This document shows, piece by piece, positions 28,511 through 37,566 of a stretch of DNA of 64,000 bases. Under the pieces are notes generated by a model. It had not been told where the DNA came from. It made no database searches and was given only the letters and a program-made list of their open reading frames with translations. Source of the DNA: Candidatus Micrarchaeota archaeon (GTDB lineage: Archaea > Micrarchaeota > Micrarchaeia > Anstonellales > Bilamarchaeaceae); assembly GCA_016932815.1 (NCBI GenBank), contig JAFGCC010000017.1, positions 3,581-67,580 on the forward strand. Direction: 5' to 3'. The stretch's first letter is position 1; each line of letters opens with the position of its first letter. The position numbers and the translations under genes were made by a program.

Positions 28511-29743
28511 TTATCTTCCCAGTTCCATCCGTATCCTCTTGTAGAGGTTGTCCTTGATAGTCTTCACAAGGAAGGAGTTCAGTTTCGAATCGTCCCTTTT
28601 GCGAGCCAGTTTGGTGAGTAAGAGGTACTCCTCTTTGGTATTCGCATAGATGTTCATCAGCGGAAAACCATTGTTCATTAGTACGTAATTCCAGATGAGC
28701 CTCGTTGTTCTGCTGTTCCCATCATCAAACGGGTGAATATGCTGGAATTCATTGTGCACGAATGTCGCAAATTCAACGATTTCTGCAATTCCATGGCCGC
28801 GCGAGTTGAAATCGTTTATCCTTTTGACCAGTACGTCCAGTTTGGGAAGAATCTCGGAGAAATGGGCCACTTTATACGCAAGGTTTCCGCGTATTGATAC
28901 ATCGGATGCCCTGATTCCTTCTTTTACCCCCAGGTTGTGGATTACATTCCTGTGAAGGTCCAGAATGAACTCAATGCTGAGGGGTTCGCTGATGTTGGAA
29001 ACCAGTTGGTTGATTGCATTGTAATAGTTCTTTACTTCGTTTGCTTCCCTGAGTTTTTTATCCTCTGGTACAATGTCCTCTAAAACCAGTTCCCTGGTTT
29101 CATCCAGCGTGAAGGTGTTGCCCTCAAGCTGGGTGGATGCGGAAGCGAATTCGATTCTCAGTTCCTCTTCAACATCTCCTAGCAGGAGATTGCGCTCAGT
29201 TTCTTCCACTTTTTTGAGCAGCTTTTTTATCTCTCCATAGTCCTCTTTTGCCATGCCGCCCTTACTTTCTTTTGTTCTGGGTTTCTCCCCAAAGAAGCTG
29301 AGGACTTCCTGCAGTATGGGGTCCCTTATGAATTTTATTTTCAATGGCTTTTTTGACGTTATCAGCGCCAGGTTTATGCGGTTGAGGTACGTTAGGTATT
29401 TCCTTGCTGTCTTGTAGCTTATGCCTTTGAAGTCCTTCAGGAACACTTCCTCTTTTGCCATGCCTTTTTTTAGTATCTTGGATAGCTCTACTGACAGAAA
29501 AATATTGTAATTTATCCCCCTGCCCCTACAGAATTTCATTATGTTAAAAACATTCCATGTTTTCGGGTTTTCCCTGTTTGGCTGGTATTCCCCTTTTTCT
29601 CTTTCTACTAGGCCTTCCCCTTCGAGTTCCTTCAAACGCTGGCGCGTTGATGATGGGCTTGAACCGATTTCCTCTGCAATGCGTTTGAGCTTGCTCTTTT
29701 TGAGGTTGAATAGGGCGAATAGGGCGTCCCATTTGCTTTTCAT
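28511..29743 (-). CDS. Fic/Doc-family protein with N-terminal winged-helix domain
   Basis: Fic motif variant 'HPFDDGNSRTTRLI' (canonical HPFx[DE]GNGRxxR with G->S); N-terminal 'SSPSSTRQRLKELEGEGLVEREKG' wHTH-like. Confidence 0.75.
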   Translation of the reverse strand: MKSKWDALFALFNLKKSKLKRIAEEIGSSPSSTRQRLKELEGEGLVEREKGEYQPNRENPKTWNVFNIMKFCRGRGINYNIFLSVELSKILKKGMAKEEVFLKDFKGISYKTARKYLTYLNRINLALITSKKPLKIKFIRDPILQEVLSFFGEKPRTKESKGGMAKEDYGEIKKLLKKVEETERNLLLGDVEEELRIEFASASTQLEGNTFTLDETRELVLEDIVPEDKKLREANEVKNYYNAINQLVSNISEPLSIEFILDLHRNVIHNLGVKEGIRASDVSIRGNLAYKVAHFSEILPKLDVLVKRINDFNSRGHGIAEIVEFATFVHNEFQHIHPFDDGNSRTTRLIWNYVLMNNGFPLMNIYANTKEEYLLLTKLARKRDDSKLNSFLVKTIKDNLYKRIRMELGR

Positions 29744-29763
29744 GTTTTTGCTTAGGCTCTAAA

Positions 29764-29803
29764 TGTTTATAAATATTCCTATATTAGCTCATTTATAAAT
29801 AAA
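29764..29803. promoter_or_regulatory. AT-rich divergent promoter region with two TATA-like elements
   Basis: 'tttataaata' at 29766-29775 and again at 29792-29801 between divergently oriented Fic gene and MBL gene. Confidence 0.4.
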
Positions 29804-29964
29804 TATTTACTTCTTTTCCTTTATTGGAGAGAAAATAAAGATTTTCCGTTATTCAGCGTGCAGAACTCATAGGTGAAACAATCGCAGGATTGCTATTGCC
29901 TAAATCTTTGGGATTCATGATGTGAGCGTATCAAACTTATTAATGTTGCCGAAGATAATAAGCC

Positions 29965-30729
29965 ATGAAACTGACCTTCTTGGGAACAGGCGGCGGCAGG
30001 ATAAACCTGATAAAGCAAATCCGCGCAACCGGCGGAATCTGCATCTCCGGGCCAAAGAACATACACATCGACCCAGGCCCCGGAGCCTTAGTTCGCATGA
30101 GGAACAAGGGAATGGACCCGCTCAAGACCGACATAATGGTCGTAACCCACTCGCACATTGACCACATAGGGGACGCAGGCGTCCTAATAGAAGGGATGAG
30201 CCACTACGCGCTCAAAAAGAAGGGCACGCTGATAGCATCCGAAGACGCCCTAGGTGGGGAGATAAAGGGGCAGAAGATAAGCGGGTTCCACCTCTCCCGC
30301 CTTGAAACTGTGGTGAGGGCGAAGCCCGGGGAAACATTTGAGTTCGAAGGGGGGAAAATCAGCTTCAAAAAGGCAGTCCACGACGATTTCCCCGCATTCG
30401 GCTTCGTATTGGAAATGGGCGGGAAAAAGATAGGATACACAGGAGATACCGAATACTTTGAGGAAATGCCCGAAGAATACGCGGGCTGCGACCTCCTAAT
30501 AATCAACGTGATGAAGCCCTTTGCAGACGAGTACAAGGGGCATTTGACAGCAGAAGACGCCTCGAAACTCATAGGGAGGGTGCAGCCCAAGCTCGCAATC
30601 CTTACCCACATGGGCCTCAAGATGCTCCGCTACCCCGCAGAAAAGCGCGCATCCGAAGTGGAAGCCGAAACAGGCGTAAGGGTAATTGCGGCAGAAGACG
30701 GGATGGAAATTGGGGAATCGGAATTCTAG
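29965..30729 (+). CDS. MBL-fold metallo-hydrolase
   Basis: 'VVTHSHIDHIGDAG' metal-binding motif. Confidence 0.75.
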   Translation: MKLTFLGTGGGRINLIKQIRATGGICISGPKNIHIDPGPGALVRMRNKGMDPLKTDIMVVTHSHIDHIGDAGVLIEGMSHYALKKKGTLIASEDALGGEIKGQKISGFHLSRLETVVRAKPGETFEFEGGKISFKKAVHDDFPAFGFVLEMGGKKIGYTGDTEYFEEMPEEYAGCDLLIINVMKPFADEYKGHLTAEDASKLIGRVQPKLAILTHMGLKMLRYPAEKRASEVEAETGVRVIAAEDGMEIGESEF

Positions 30730-30846
30730 TTTCCTTTTTTATTGAATTGTAAATCGCATACGCATCCGAGGGCATTACCGGCAATTTACAATAGCTAAAA
30801 AAGTTTGCGAACTTTTTTTATACATTTCCATCCATGAAAATACACT

Positions 30847-31674
30847 ATGAATAATCTTAAAGCCGCAAAACGCCCGCAAAAGGAGAAGGTTCCATCAGTA
30901 AGGGAAGCGAGGAATCTCTTTTCCAGCAGGAGGGCGGCATTGAGCAGGAATGCAGGCATTTTCAGGGGGGAATTCTCAGATAAGCTCTCCGCGCTTTCTG
31001 CATCCTCAACCATAATCGGGAGGAGGCTCACAGCGCACGGGACGAAAATCCCCCTGCGCGGGGAACTTGGCAGGAGTTCCGAATGCCCTTCGTTTTTGAG
31101 CAACGGCGAGTTGGGCACTCTCCTTGGAAGTTCAGCGGAACTCAGGGAGCGCATAGAATCCGCCAACGCAATCTCCCCCCTGGAAAAGGCCGAATTCCTA
31201 AGCGAAATCGCGGAATTTGCAGGATACGGGCAAATGTTCATAGAAGAAAGCAAAAGAAAGGAAGCGGAAACCTCAAGCGAGTGCGAATATCTTGATTCGC
31301 TTCCGAAGGAAGCCACTTCCCCCAGGTTCATCCAGAATCCGCGTGAGGCCCCCTTCTGGCCCCTCCTTCCCGCAGGGCTCATGATGGCATTTGGGCAGTT
31401 GTTCTACAACCTCCCCAAATCCGATTCGATTACCGTTGGCCTAATAGGTGCAGGCATAGGCGCATTTGCCCTTCTATGCGAGTCCGCCTACCTTTTCTGC
31501 TCTGGGAAAGTGAGGCTCATGAAGGAGCTTGAGCAAGTTCTCTTCCGCTCTGCGCTATTTGAGGCCATGAAGCAGGACGCCCTTTCGTTCCTGGAGAAGA
31601 TTGAGGGATTGCAGGGCAACCTCAATGCGGCTTTGGATATGCTGCGCGGGAGCCAAACTAACCAACAGGTGTGA
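30847..31674 (+). CDS. membrane protein, paralog 1 of tandem triplet (helical N-domain + 2 C-terminal TM helices)
   Basis: Shares architecture and motifs ('LP...FS.E...L', 'FWxxxxGxxFxxxG') with the next two ORFs. Confidence 0.55.
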   Translation: MNNLKAAKRPQKEKVPSVREARNLFSSRRAALSRNAGIFRGEFSDKLSALSASSTIIGRRLTAHGTKIPLRGELGRSSECPSFLSNGELGTLLGSSAELRERIESANAISPLEKAEFLSEIAEFAGYGQMFIEESKRKEAETSSECEYLDSLPKEATSPRFIQNPREAPFWPLLPAGLMMAFGQLFYNLPKSDSITVGLIGAGIGAFALLCESAYLFCSGKVRLMKELEQVLFRSALFEAMKQDALSFLEKIEGLQGNLNAALDMLRGSQTNQQV

Positions 31675-31677
31675 AAA

Positions 31678-32604
31678 ATGGCAGCGCTCATGAAAAGGGA
31701 AACCAAGAACCTCCCACTCCCTGGCAAGAAAACCCCGCCTAGGAAAGTGGCGGAGATTTTCTATGCGCGCAGGCAGGAGCTTAACGCGAAGGCGCACGCG
31801 CTTCCCAAGGCATTCTCAGAAGAGGTGGGCGCATTATACAATAACGCACGCAAAATGAGGCAGATGCTAAAAGAGCAGGGAATCAAAGTCCGCAGCCCCG
31901 AAGAAGTCCTAAGCTATTTCGGAACCGAGGCGCTTGTAAAGCTCGAACAAAGCGGCACAGAAATTTCCAATCCCGAAGAGGCCGCGAAATCTCTGGGGAG
32001 GGAAGCCCTCCTTAGCGCTTCGGCTTCCAATAAGCTCAATAGGAGCACCGTTCTCCAATTCGATAAGATAACCTCCCAAGAAAGGCTCGGTGAAGCAGAG
32101 AAGCTAGTCTACGGCCTTTTCCTTGCGGACCTGGTTTCGGCCCACAACTTCACTTTAGCGCATGCGGTTAAGTTCAAAGCGCAGAATGAAATCTCCGAAG
32201 AGTGCAGGAAACTCAATTCGCTTCCGCACCAAACGCGGCTCCCGCATTTTTGGGGGATGATGTTCGGGGCAGTTTCTGCCGCTTTCGCCGCTTTTGCGGC
32301 AACGTTCATGAACAAGTTCCAATTGGGGGCCTCCCTTCGCGAATCCCTCACTTCCGGGGCAGCCGTTTTTGGGGCGGTTTTAGGCGGAGGCGCGCTGGTT
32401 GCGGGAAAATTCTTCCGCACCGACAAAAAGCTCCTGCACGAGCGCCTGGGAAAGGTTTCCGGGAACCTCGAGGCCCTTAACCGGAAGTGCGATGAATCCT
32501 ATGGAATCCTGCAGTCGATGGCGCTCTTGCAGAGGAACCTGCTCCTAACAATCGGGGAACTAGGCAAGCGCAGCGCAAACAAAACCCCCCAAGCAAAAAA
32601 CTGA
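31678..32604 (+). CDS. membrane protein, paralog 2 of tandem triplet
   Basis: 'PPRKVAEIFYARRQELNAKAHALPKAFSEEVGALYNNARKMRQMLKEQGIKV' aligns with 32711 ORF 'PPRQIAKLFSERRKELGKQAQSLPKEFSAEVERLFSNSKGLRGKLKGLGTKV'; only 3 nt after paralog 1. Confidence 0.6.
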   Translation: MAALMKRETKNLPLPGKKTPPRKVAEIFYARRQELNAKAHALPKAFSEEVGALYNNARKMRQMLKEQGIKVRSPEEVLSYFGTEALVKLEQSGTEISNPEEAAKSLGREALLSASASNKLNRSTVLQFDKITSQERLGEAEKLVYGLFLADLVSAHNFTLAHAVKFKAQNEISEECRKLNSLPHQTRLPHFWGMMFGAVSAAFAAFAATFMNKFQLGASLRESLTSGAAVFGAVLGGGALVAGKFFRTDKKLLHERLGKVSGNLEALNRKCDESYGILQSMALLQRNLLLTIGELGKRSANKTPQAKN

Positions 32605-32710
32605 GGGCGGAACTTCCCGCGAATTCAGGGCTTCCGGCAATCTCCCTGCAATTAGGGGCAGGAACCCCTGTAGGATACCTTTTTATACATTCGTATCCAC
32701 AATTTATAAC

Positions 32711-33577
32711 ATGAGTTTAGTTCCGGGAATGAAACTCCAGTTGCGCGGCCTGCCCAACCAGGAGATGCCGCCCAGGCAGATTGCGAAGCTCTTCTCCGAA
32801 CGAAGGAAAGAGCTTGGCAAGCAGGCGCAGAGCCTGCCCAAAGAATTCTCGGCTGAGGTGGAGCGGCTATTTTCCAATTCAAAGGGCTTAAGGGGAAAAC
32901 TCAAGGGGCTTGGAACCAAGGTTCCCAATTCAACGCAAATCGCAGAAGTCTTCGGAAAGAAAGCCCTCCTTAGCGACGATGCCCTTGAGAACCTGGTGCT
33001 TGAATCCTCAACCCAGTGGTCAAAGGTGAAGCGGAAAGATGCCTTCTCTCCCACTCAAAAAGCAGCCCACTTAAGCAAGGTTGCAGAACTCCTTGCCGCC
33101 CATGACGTATTTCTCGCAAGCAGGATAAGGGCAGGCCTGCAAACCCGGATTGTGCAGGATTGCGAACACACGGAGTCCTTTCCAGATGAAATCAAGGCGC
33201 CAAGCATATGGGGAAAAATAAAGGGTGCCGCCCTCTTTACAATCGGATTTACTGGGGCCTTTTTAGGATTCATGTCCTTCTTCGATGTCCCGATGAGGAC
33301 GCGCGTCATCGCAACCGCAATAGCTTTTATTTCATCCGCAATAGCGGGCGCAAAAGCCGCGGCAGGCAGGTTCTCCTACGAGAAGGCGGAAATGCACTTC
33401 AAGCTGAAAAGGGTTTCCGGCAAGATTGCGGAGCTTGATGAGATGAGGGGTCACCTCGCGCTGGTTGTGGGAGCGATGAACGTCATCCAAGAAGACCTCG
33501 CTGCGGCAATTGATAAGCTTGCAAACGCACCGGAAACTTCCGGGCCCAAAATGAACAAAGGGGATTCCGAAGCTTAG
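32711..33577 (+). CDS. membrane protein, paralog 3 of tandem triplet
   Basis: As above; own TATA-like 'ctttttatacat' upstream. Confidence 0.6.
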   Translation: MSLVPGMKLQLRGLPNQEMPPRQIAKLFSERRKELGKQAQSLPKEFSAEVERLFSNSKGLRGKLKGLGTKVPNSTQIAEVFGKKALLSDDALENLVLESSTQWSKVKRKDAFSPTQKAAHLSKVAELLAAHDVFLASRIRAGLQTRIVQDCEHTESFPDEIKAPSIWGKIKGAALFTIGFTGAFLGFMSFFDVPMRTRVIATAIAFISSAIAGAKAAAGRFSYEKAEMHFKLKRVSGKIAELDEMRGHLALVVGAMNVIQEDLAAAIDKLANAPETSGPKMNKGDSEA

Positions 33578-33662
33578 CCCCGGCAGGAAAGCCCTCTTTT
33601 AAAATTATCCTTATACAGCTATTACTCCCTGTTATCATAAGCAGGCCCGCAGGTGGATTTTA

Positions 33663-36017
33663 ATGCTCGCAAAAAGGTTCGGAACGGAAATAGAGGAAAA
33701 ATGGCAGGAGGAATGGGATAGGAGGGGAACATACACGTTCAACGGCCTAGATGAGAGGGAGCCCTACTCAATCGACACCCCGCCTCCTTTTACAAGCGGG
33801 GAATTGCACATGGGCCACGCACTCTCATACTCCTATTTCGACTTCGTAGCCCGCTACAAGAGGATGCGTGGCTACAACGTATTCTACCCGCAAGGCTGGG
33901 ACACCCAGGGCTTCCCTACTGAAACCAAGGTGGAAAAGAAATACGGGAGGCTCCCAAGAGAGGAGTTCCGCAAAAAATGCGAAGAGTGGAGCGCCCAGAT
34001 GATAGACAAAATGAAGGAGTCCATGATTAAGCTGGGTTTCTCCCCGGACTGGAAGCACCAGTACCGCACACTCGATAAAGAATACCACCGGAAAGTCCAG
34101 CTCTCCTTACACATAATGTATGACAAGGAGATGGTGTATAGGGGCGAGCACCCGGTTTTCTGGTGCTACAAATGCAGGAGCGCCCTTGCAAAATCCGACA
34201 CCGAGGATTTGGAGCGCGAAACACTCCTAAACCACATCAAGTTTACCGGCCCGGAGGGGGAAGAGCTAATAATCGCAACCACCCGCCCCGAACTAATGTA
34301 TGCATGCGTGGCGGTGATGTTCCACCCCGAAGATGAGCGCTACAAGCACCTGGAGGGAAAAGAGATTACAACTGCCCTCGGAAAGAAGGTAAAAGCAATC
34401 GCCGATAAAGACGTGGACAAGGAATACGGGAGCGGCCTGCTCATGGTCTGCACTTTCGGGGACAAGCAGGACATAGTCTGGGCATACCGCCACAAGCTCC
34501 CAATCCTCTCGATTCTCGATGAGAACGGCAAGCTCAAAGGGACCGGGGAGTTCGACGGCCTAAAGCCCAAGGACGCAAAGGAGAAAATCATAGAAAAGTT
34601 CAAAGAAGAAGGGAAACTAGTGAAGCAGGAGAAACTTCCCCAGGTCGTAAAAGTCCACGATAGGTGCAAAACCCCGGTAGAATACGCGCTATCACGGCAG
34701 TGGTTTGCCGACATCACAAAGCACAAAGAAGAAATCAAGCAGATGGCGCGCAAGGTAAAGTGGTTTCCGGAATTCGGCATAAGCTACCTTGACAACTGGG
34801 CGGATTCCGTTGAATGGGACTGGGTAATTTCGCGCCAGAGGCACTTTGGGACTCCAATCCCCTTCTACTACTGCGAAAAATGCAATGCAACAGAAAAAGC
34901 CGATTCGCTTCCTTTCTACCTGGAATCCGCACCGGAAAAAGAGTGCAGGTGCGGAGGGAAGATGAAGCCCGAGGAATCCGTATTGGACTGCTGGGTGGAT
35001 TCTTCAATTACCCCGCTCATAATTGCAGGATGGCCGGACAGGAAAGGCTGGGAGAAGCTCTACCCCGCTTCGCTTCGCCCCCAGGGAGTCGAAATTGTGC
35101 GCACCTGGGCATTCTACACCATCTACCGCTCAGGGCTTGGAGTAACTGGGGAGAAGCCCTGGGACTCAATTTTGCTCAACGGGAACGTCCTTGCGCCGGA
35201 CGGGAGGAAGATGAGCAAGTCGTTAGGGAACGTGATTTCGCCCATGGAGCTCCTAAAAGAATACCCCGCAGATGCATTGCGGCAGTGGGCGGCACTAAGC
35301 GGCGCAATGGCAAAGGACCGCCCGTTTTCCTATGAGGATATAAAGTTCGCAAAATCATTCCTGAATAAAGTGTGGAACGCATCCAGGTTCGTGCAGGGGA
35401 ACTTAGAGGGGTATGATGGCTCAAAGCCGCAAAAGCTTGGAACCGTGGACAAATGGATGATGGAATCGCTGAATCTCGCAATAGAAGAATGCACGGATGC
35501 CATGGAAGGCTTTGAATTCAACCGCTCAATGAGGAAGCTCCACGATTTCTTCTGGCATGATTTCTGCGACGATTACCTAGAATACGTGAAATACCGCATG
35601 TACGGTTCGGACGCAGAATCCAAGAAGGCCGCGCAATACGTATTGCACGAAGCCCTCTTTTCGTTCCTCAAGCTCCTAACGCCAATCTCGCCCCACATCT
35701 GCGAGGAAATCTACCACGAACTCTTTGGGGGCAAGGAAGGGAACACGATTACGTTTGCCCCCTGGCCCAAGGCGGGAGAAAGGTTCAGGGAAGAATACGA
35801 AAAGGTTGAGCCCATGCGCACCCTTATCTCCAAAATACGGCAGGAGAAATCATCCTCCCAGCTTTCGCAGGGAGCAGAAATCGTGCTCACTTCCCCCAGG
35901 ATTGAATTGGAACCAGAACTCCTAGATGAAGTGAAAAACATCGCCCGCATAAAGGAAATAAACGAAGGCGAATTCGGGATAAAAGCCGTTGAAGATAAAA
36001 AGGAAGAATCAAAGTGA
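33663..36017 (+). CDS. valS: class I aminoacyl-tRNA synthetase, most likely valyl-tRNA synthetase
   Basis: 'PPPFTSGELHMGHALSY', 'KMSKSLGN', 'WVISRQRHFGTPIP'; length 784 aa is short for ValRS, LeuRS not fully excluded. Confidence 0.7.
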   Translation: MLAKRFGTEIEEKWQEEWDRRGTYTFNGLDEREPYSIDTPPPFTSGELHMGHALSYSYFDFVARYKRMRGYNVFYPQGWDTQGFPTETKVEKKYGRLPREEFRKKCEEWSAQMIDKMKESMIKLGFSPDWKHQYRTLDKEYHRKVQLSLHIMYDKEMVYRGEHPVFWCYKCRSALAKSDTEDLERETLLNHIKFTGPEGEELIIATTRPELMYACVAVMFHPEDERYKHLEGKEITTALGKKVKAIADKDVDKEYGSGLLMVCTFGDKQDIVWAYRHKLPILSILDENGKLKGTGEFDGLKPKDAKEKIIEKFKEEGKLVKQEKLPQVVKVHDRCKTPVEYALSRQWFADITKHKEEIKQMARKVKWFPEFGISYLDNWADSVEWDWVISRQRHFGTPIPFYYCEKCNATEKADSLPFYLESAPEKECRCGGKMKPEESVLDCWVDSSITPLIIAGWPDRKGWEKLYPASLRPQGVEIVRTWAFYTIYRSGLGVTGEKPWDSILLNGNVLAPDGRKMSKSLGNVISPMELLKEYPADALRQWAALSGAMAKDRPFSYEDIKFAKSFLNKVWNASRFVQGNLEGYDGSKPQKLGTVDKWMMESLNLAIEECTDAMEGFEFNRSMRKLHDFFWHDFCDDYLEYVKYRMYGSDAESKKAAQYVLHEALFSFLKLLTPISPHICEEIYHELFGGKEGNTITFAPWPKAGERFREEYEKVEPMRTLISKIRQEKSSSQLSQGAEIVLTSPRIELEPELLDEVKNIARIKEINEGEFGIKAVEDKKEESK

Positions 36018-36070
36018 CCGAAGAGTCCCCACTGCAAGCAGTAGGGTATGCCTCGTTCGGTCACTACTTT

Positions 36071-36118
36071 ACAAATTGTGGGCGCTGCAAGCAACGGGGT
36101 ATCAAACCCACAATTTGT
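36071..36118. terminator. perfect 12-bp inverted repeat (hairpin) between convergent genes
   Basis: ACAAATTGTGGG ...24 nt... CCCACAATTTGT, located between valS stop (36017) and minus-strand ORF stop (36127). Confidence 0.45.
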
Positions 36119-36126
36119 GAATGAAG

Positions 36127-36894
36127 CTAGCGCTTCATTTTCTGCGGGCCAGCATTCTTTGCCCCATCCATCTTCTGGGTTTTTGGTTTTGGGAATTTGC
36201 CCCTCAGATTGGTAGCCCTGTCCATAACCATCCTTATAGCCGCTTTGATATTGAGTTTTGTGGCCTCGGAGGTTCCGGGGTTGGATGCGGCCTTTTCCAT
36301 AGCCGCAAAGTCTTCTGCCCCCCAGTTATCCCCGGTTAATTCGGCAGTTAAGAGTTTCCCCTGCTCCTTCTGTTTCCTCTCCGCCGCATATTCCCTGGTT
36401 TCCACTTCCGTTAGTATCTCACTACTATTCTTCCCCATGAGCTTAAGTGAGGAAATGATCACGCATATCTTGCTCTGGCCCTTATTCCTCTTATCAGGCG
36501 GAGGCATTCGTTCGAGTGCCCGCTGCACATTCCCAGCCTCCAAATCGTCGTAAACCTCCCAGGCGGCATCTATAACCTCCTGAAATTCGCAGATTTTCCT
36601 AAGGAGCGCTACGCTCTTGTATCCGGGCATTCCGCTTTTGTCCCAGAGTGATGATAGCATCCCCTCTTCCTCTGCATTCCCATTAATCATTGCAAAGGGC
36701 AGGAATCCAGTAAGGTTCGTTGCATCCATCTCCAGGAACAAGCGCTCTTCAATCGCATCTGCTGAGGCTTCCCTCACTTCTTTGCCGTATCCGGGATTGC
36801 ACGCATTCTCAATCAATGCGCCAATCCTCTTGTCTGCGGGAATTTGCGTGTTCCTGGCGAATGCCTTAATCTCCTCAATAGTAATATCGTCCAT
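36127..36894 (-). CDS. hypothetical protein
   Basis: 255-aa ORF, no motif. Confidence 0.5.
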   Translation of the reverse strand: MDDITIEEIKAFARNTQIPADKRIGALIENACNPGYGKEVREASADAIEERLFLEMDATNLTGFLPFAMINGNAEEEGMLSSLWDKSGMPGYKSVALLRKICEFQEVIDAAWEVYDDLEAGNVQRALERMPPPDKRNKGQSKICVIISSLKLMGKNSSEILTEVETREYAAERKQKEQGKLLTAELTGDNWGAEDFAAMEKAASNPGTSEATKLNIKAAIRMVMDRATNLRGKFPKPKTQKMDGAKNAGPQKMKR

Positions 36895-36974
36895 GTATTA
36901 ATTGGGCATGGAACACTTTATAAATATGTGTTAATTAGCGTATTCCTGTGGAGAGAGCCTCCCAAGGGAAAAAC

Positions 36975-37502
36975 TCAGTCTTTTTTCTCAACGCGCGCCA
37001 CAATCCGCCCGCTTATTGTGTGGACAGGCTCATCATCGATGCATCCGGGATTGACTTCCGGAGCGCAGCTAATATACTCCAGGGAAACGGTAATCCTCTC
37101 GGTGTCCCCCACCGAGCCAACCATGTTGTTAAGTTCCACTTCAACTACCGTAGTGTTACCCTGCCCCAGCACTCCGTCTTCAAGGTCGAAGTCGGAAGCT
37201 TCCAGGGAATAAACCTCCTGGTCTGAAGTTGTCACGTTAAGGCTCTCAGGCATTATGTCGTAGCCCAGCCCGTTGCTAATGCGGAATTTGAGCACGAAAT
37301 CCCCGTCATTGTCCACCGAGAGCACGTGCCCGGTGCAGCTTAGGTCCGGCTGCAACGTGCATTCTTCTGAAACGAGATAAGATGGGTTGAAGGCGCCAGT
37401 TGCCAGCAGTGCCCCGATTACAAGTATCAGGGCAACGAGTGCCCACCCGTAAGTCATCAGGTATTCCATTACCGCCTGGCCCTTCATCGTCTTCATGGGC
37501 AT
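36975..37502 (-). CDS. type IV pilin-like protein with archaeal class III signal peptide
   Basis: 'MPMKTMKG|QAVMEYLMTYGWALVALILVIGALLA': basic N-region, Gly at -1, Glu at +5, then hydrophobic helix. Confidence 0.6.
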   Translation of the reverse strand: MPMKTMKGQAVMEYLMTYGWALVALILVIGALLATGAFNPSYLVSEECTLQPDLSCTGHVLSVDNDGDFVLKFRISNGLGYDIMPESLNVTTSDQEVYSLEASDFDLEDGVLGQGNTTVVEVELNNMVGSVGDTERITVSLEYISCAPEVNPGCIDDEPVHTISGRIVARVEKKD

Positions 37503-37566
37503 CCTTTCGGGGAAAATACTTTAAAAGGCTTTATGTTAAATAGCTCACTACAAGGGCAGGGATGAG

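Noticed and set aside
33663-36017. Alternative call of this synthetase as LeuRS
   Set aside because: 'HMGH' with 'KMSKSLGN' and the 'GWDTQGFPTE' block fit ValRS better than archaeal LeuRS (KMSKSKGN). Kept as valS at moderate confidence.
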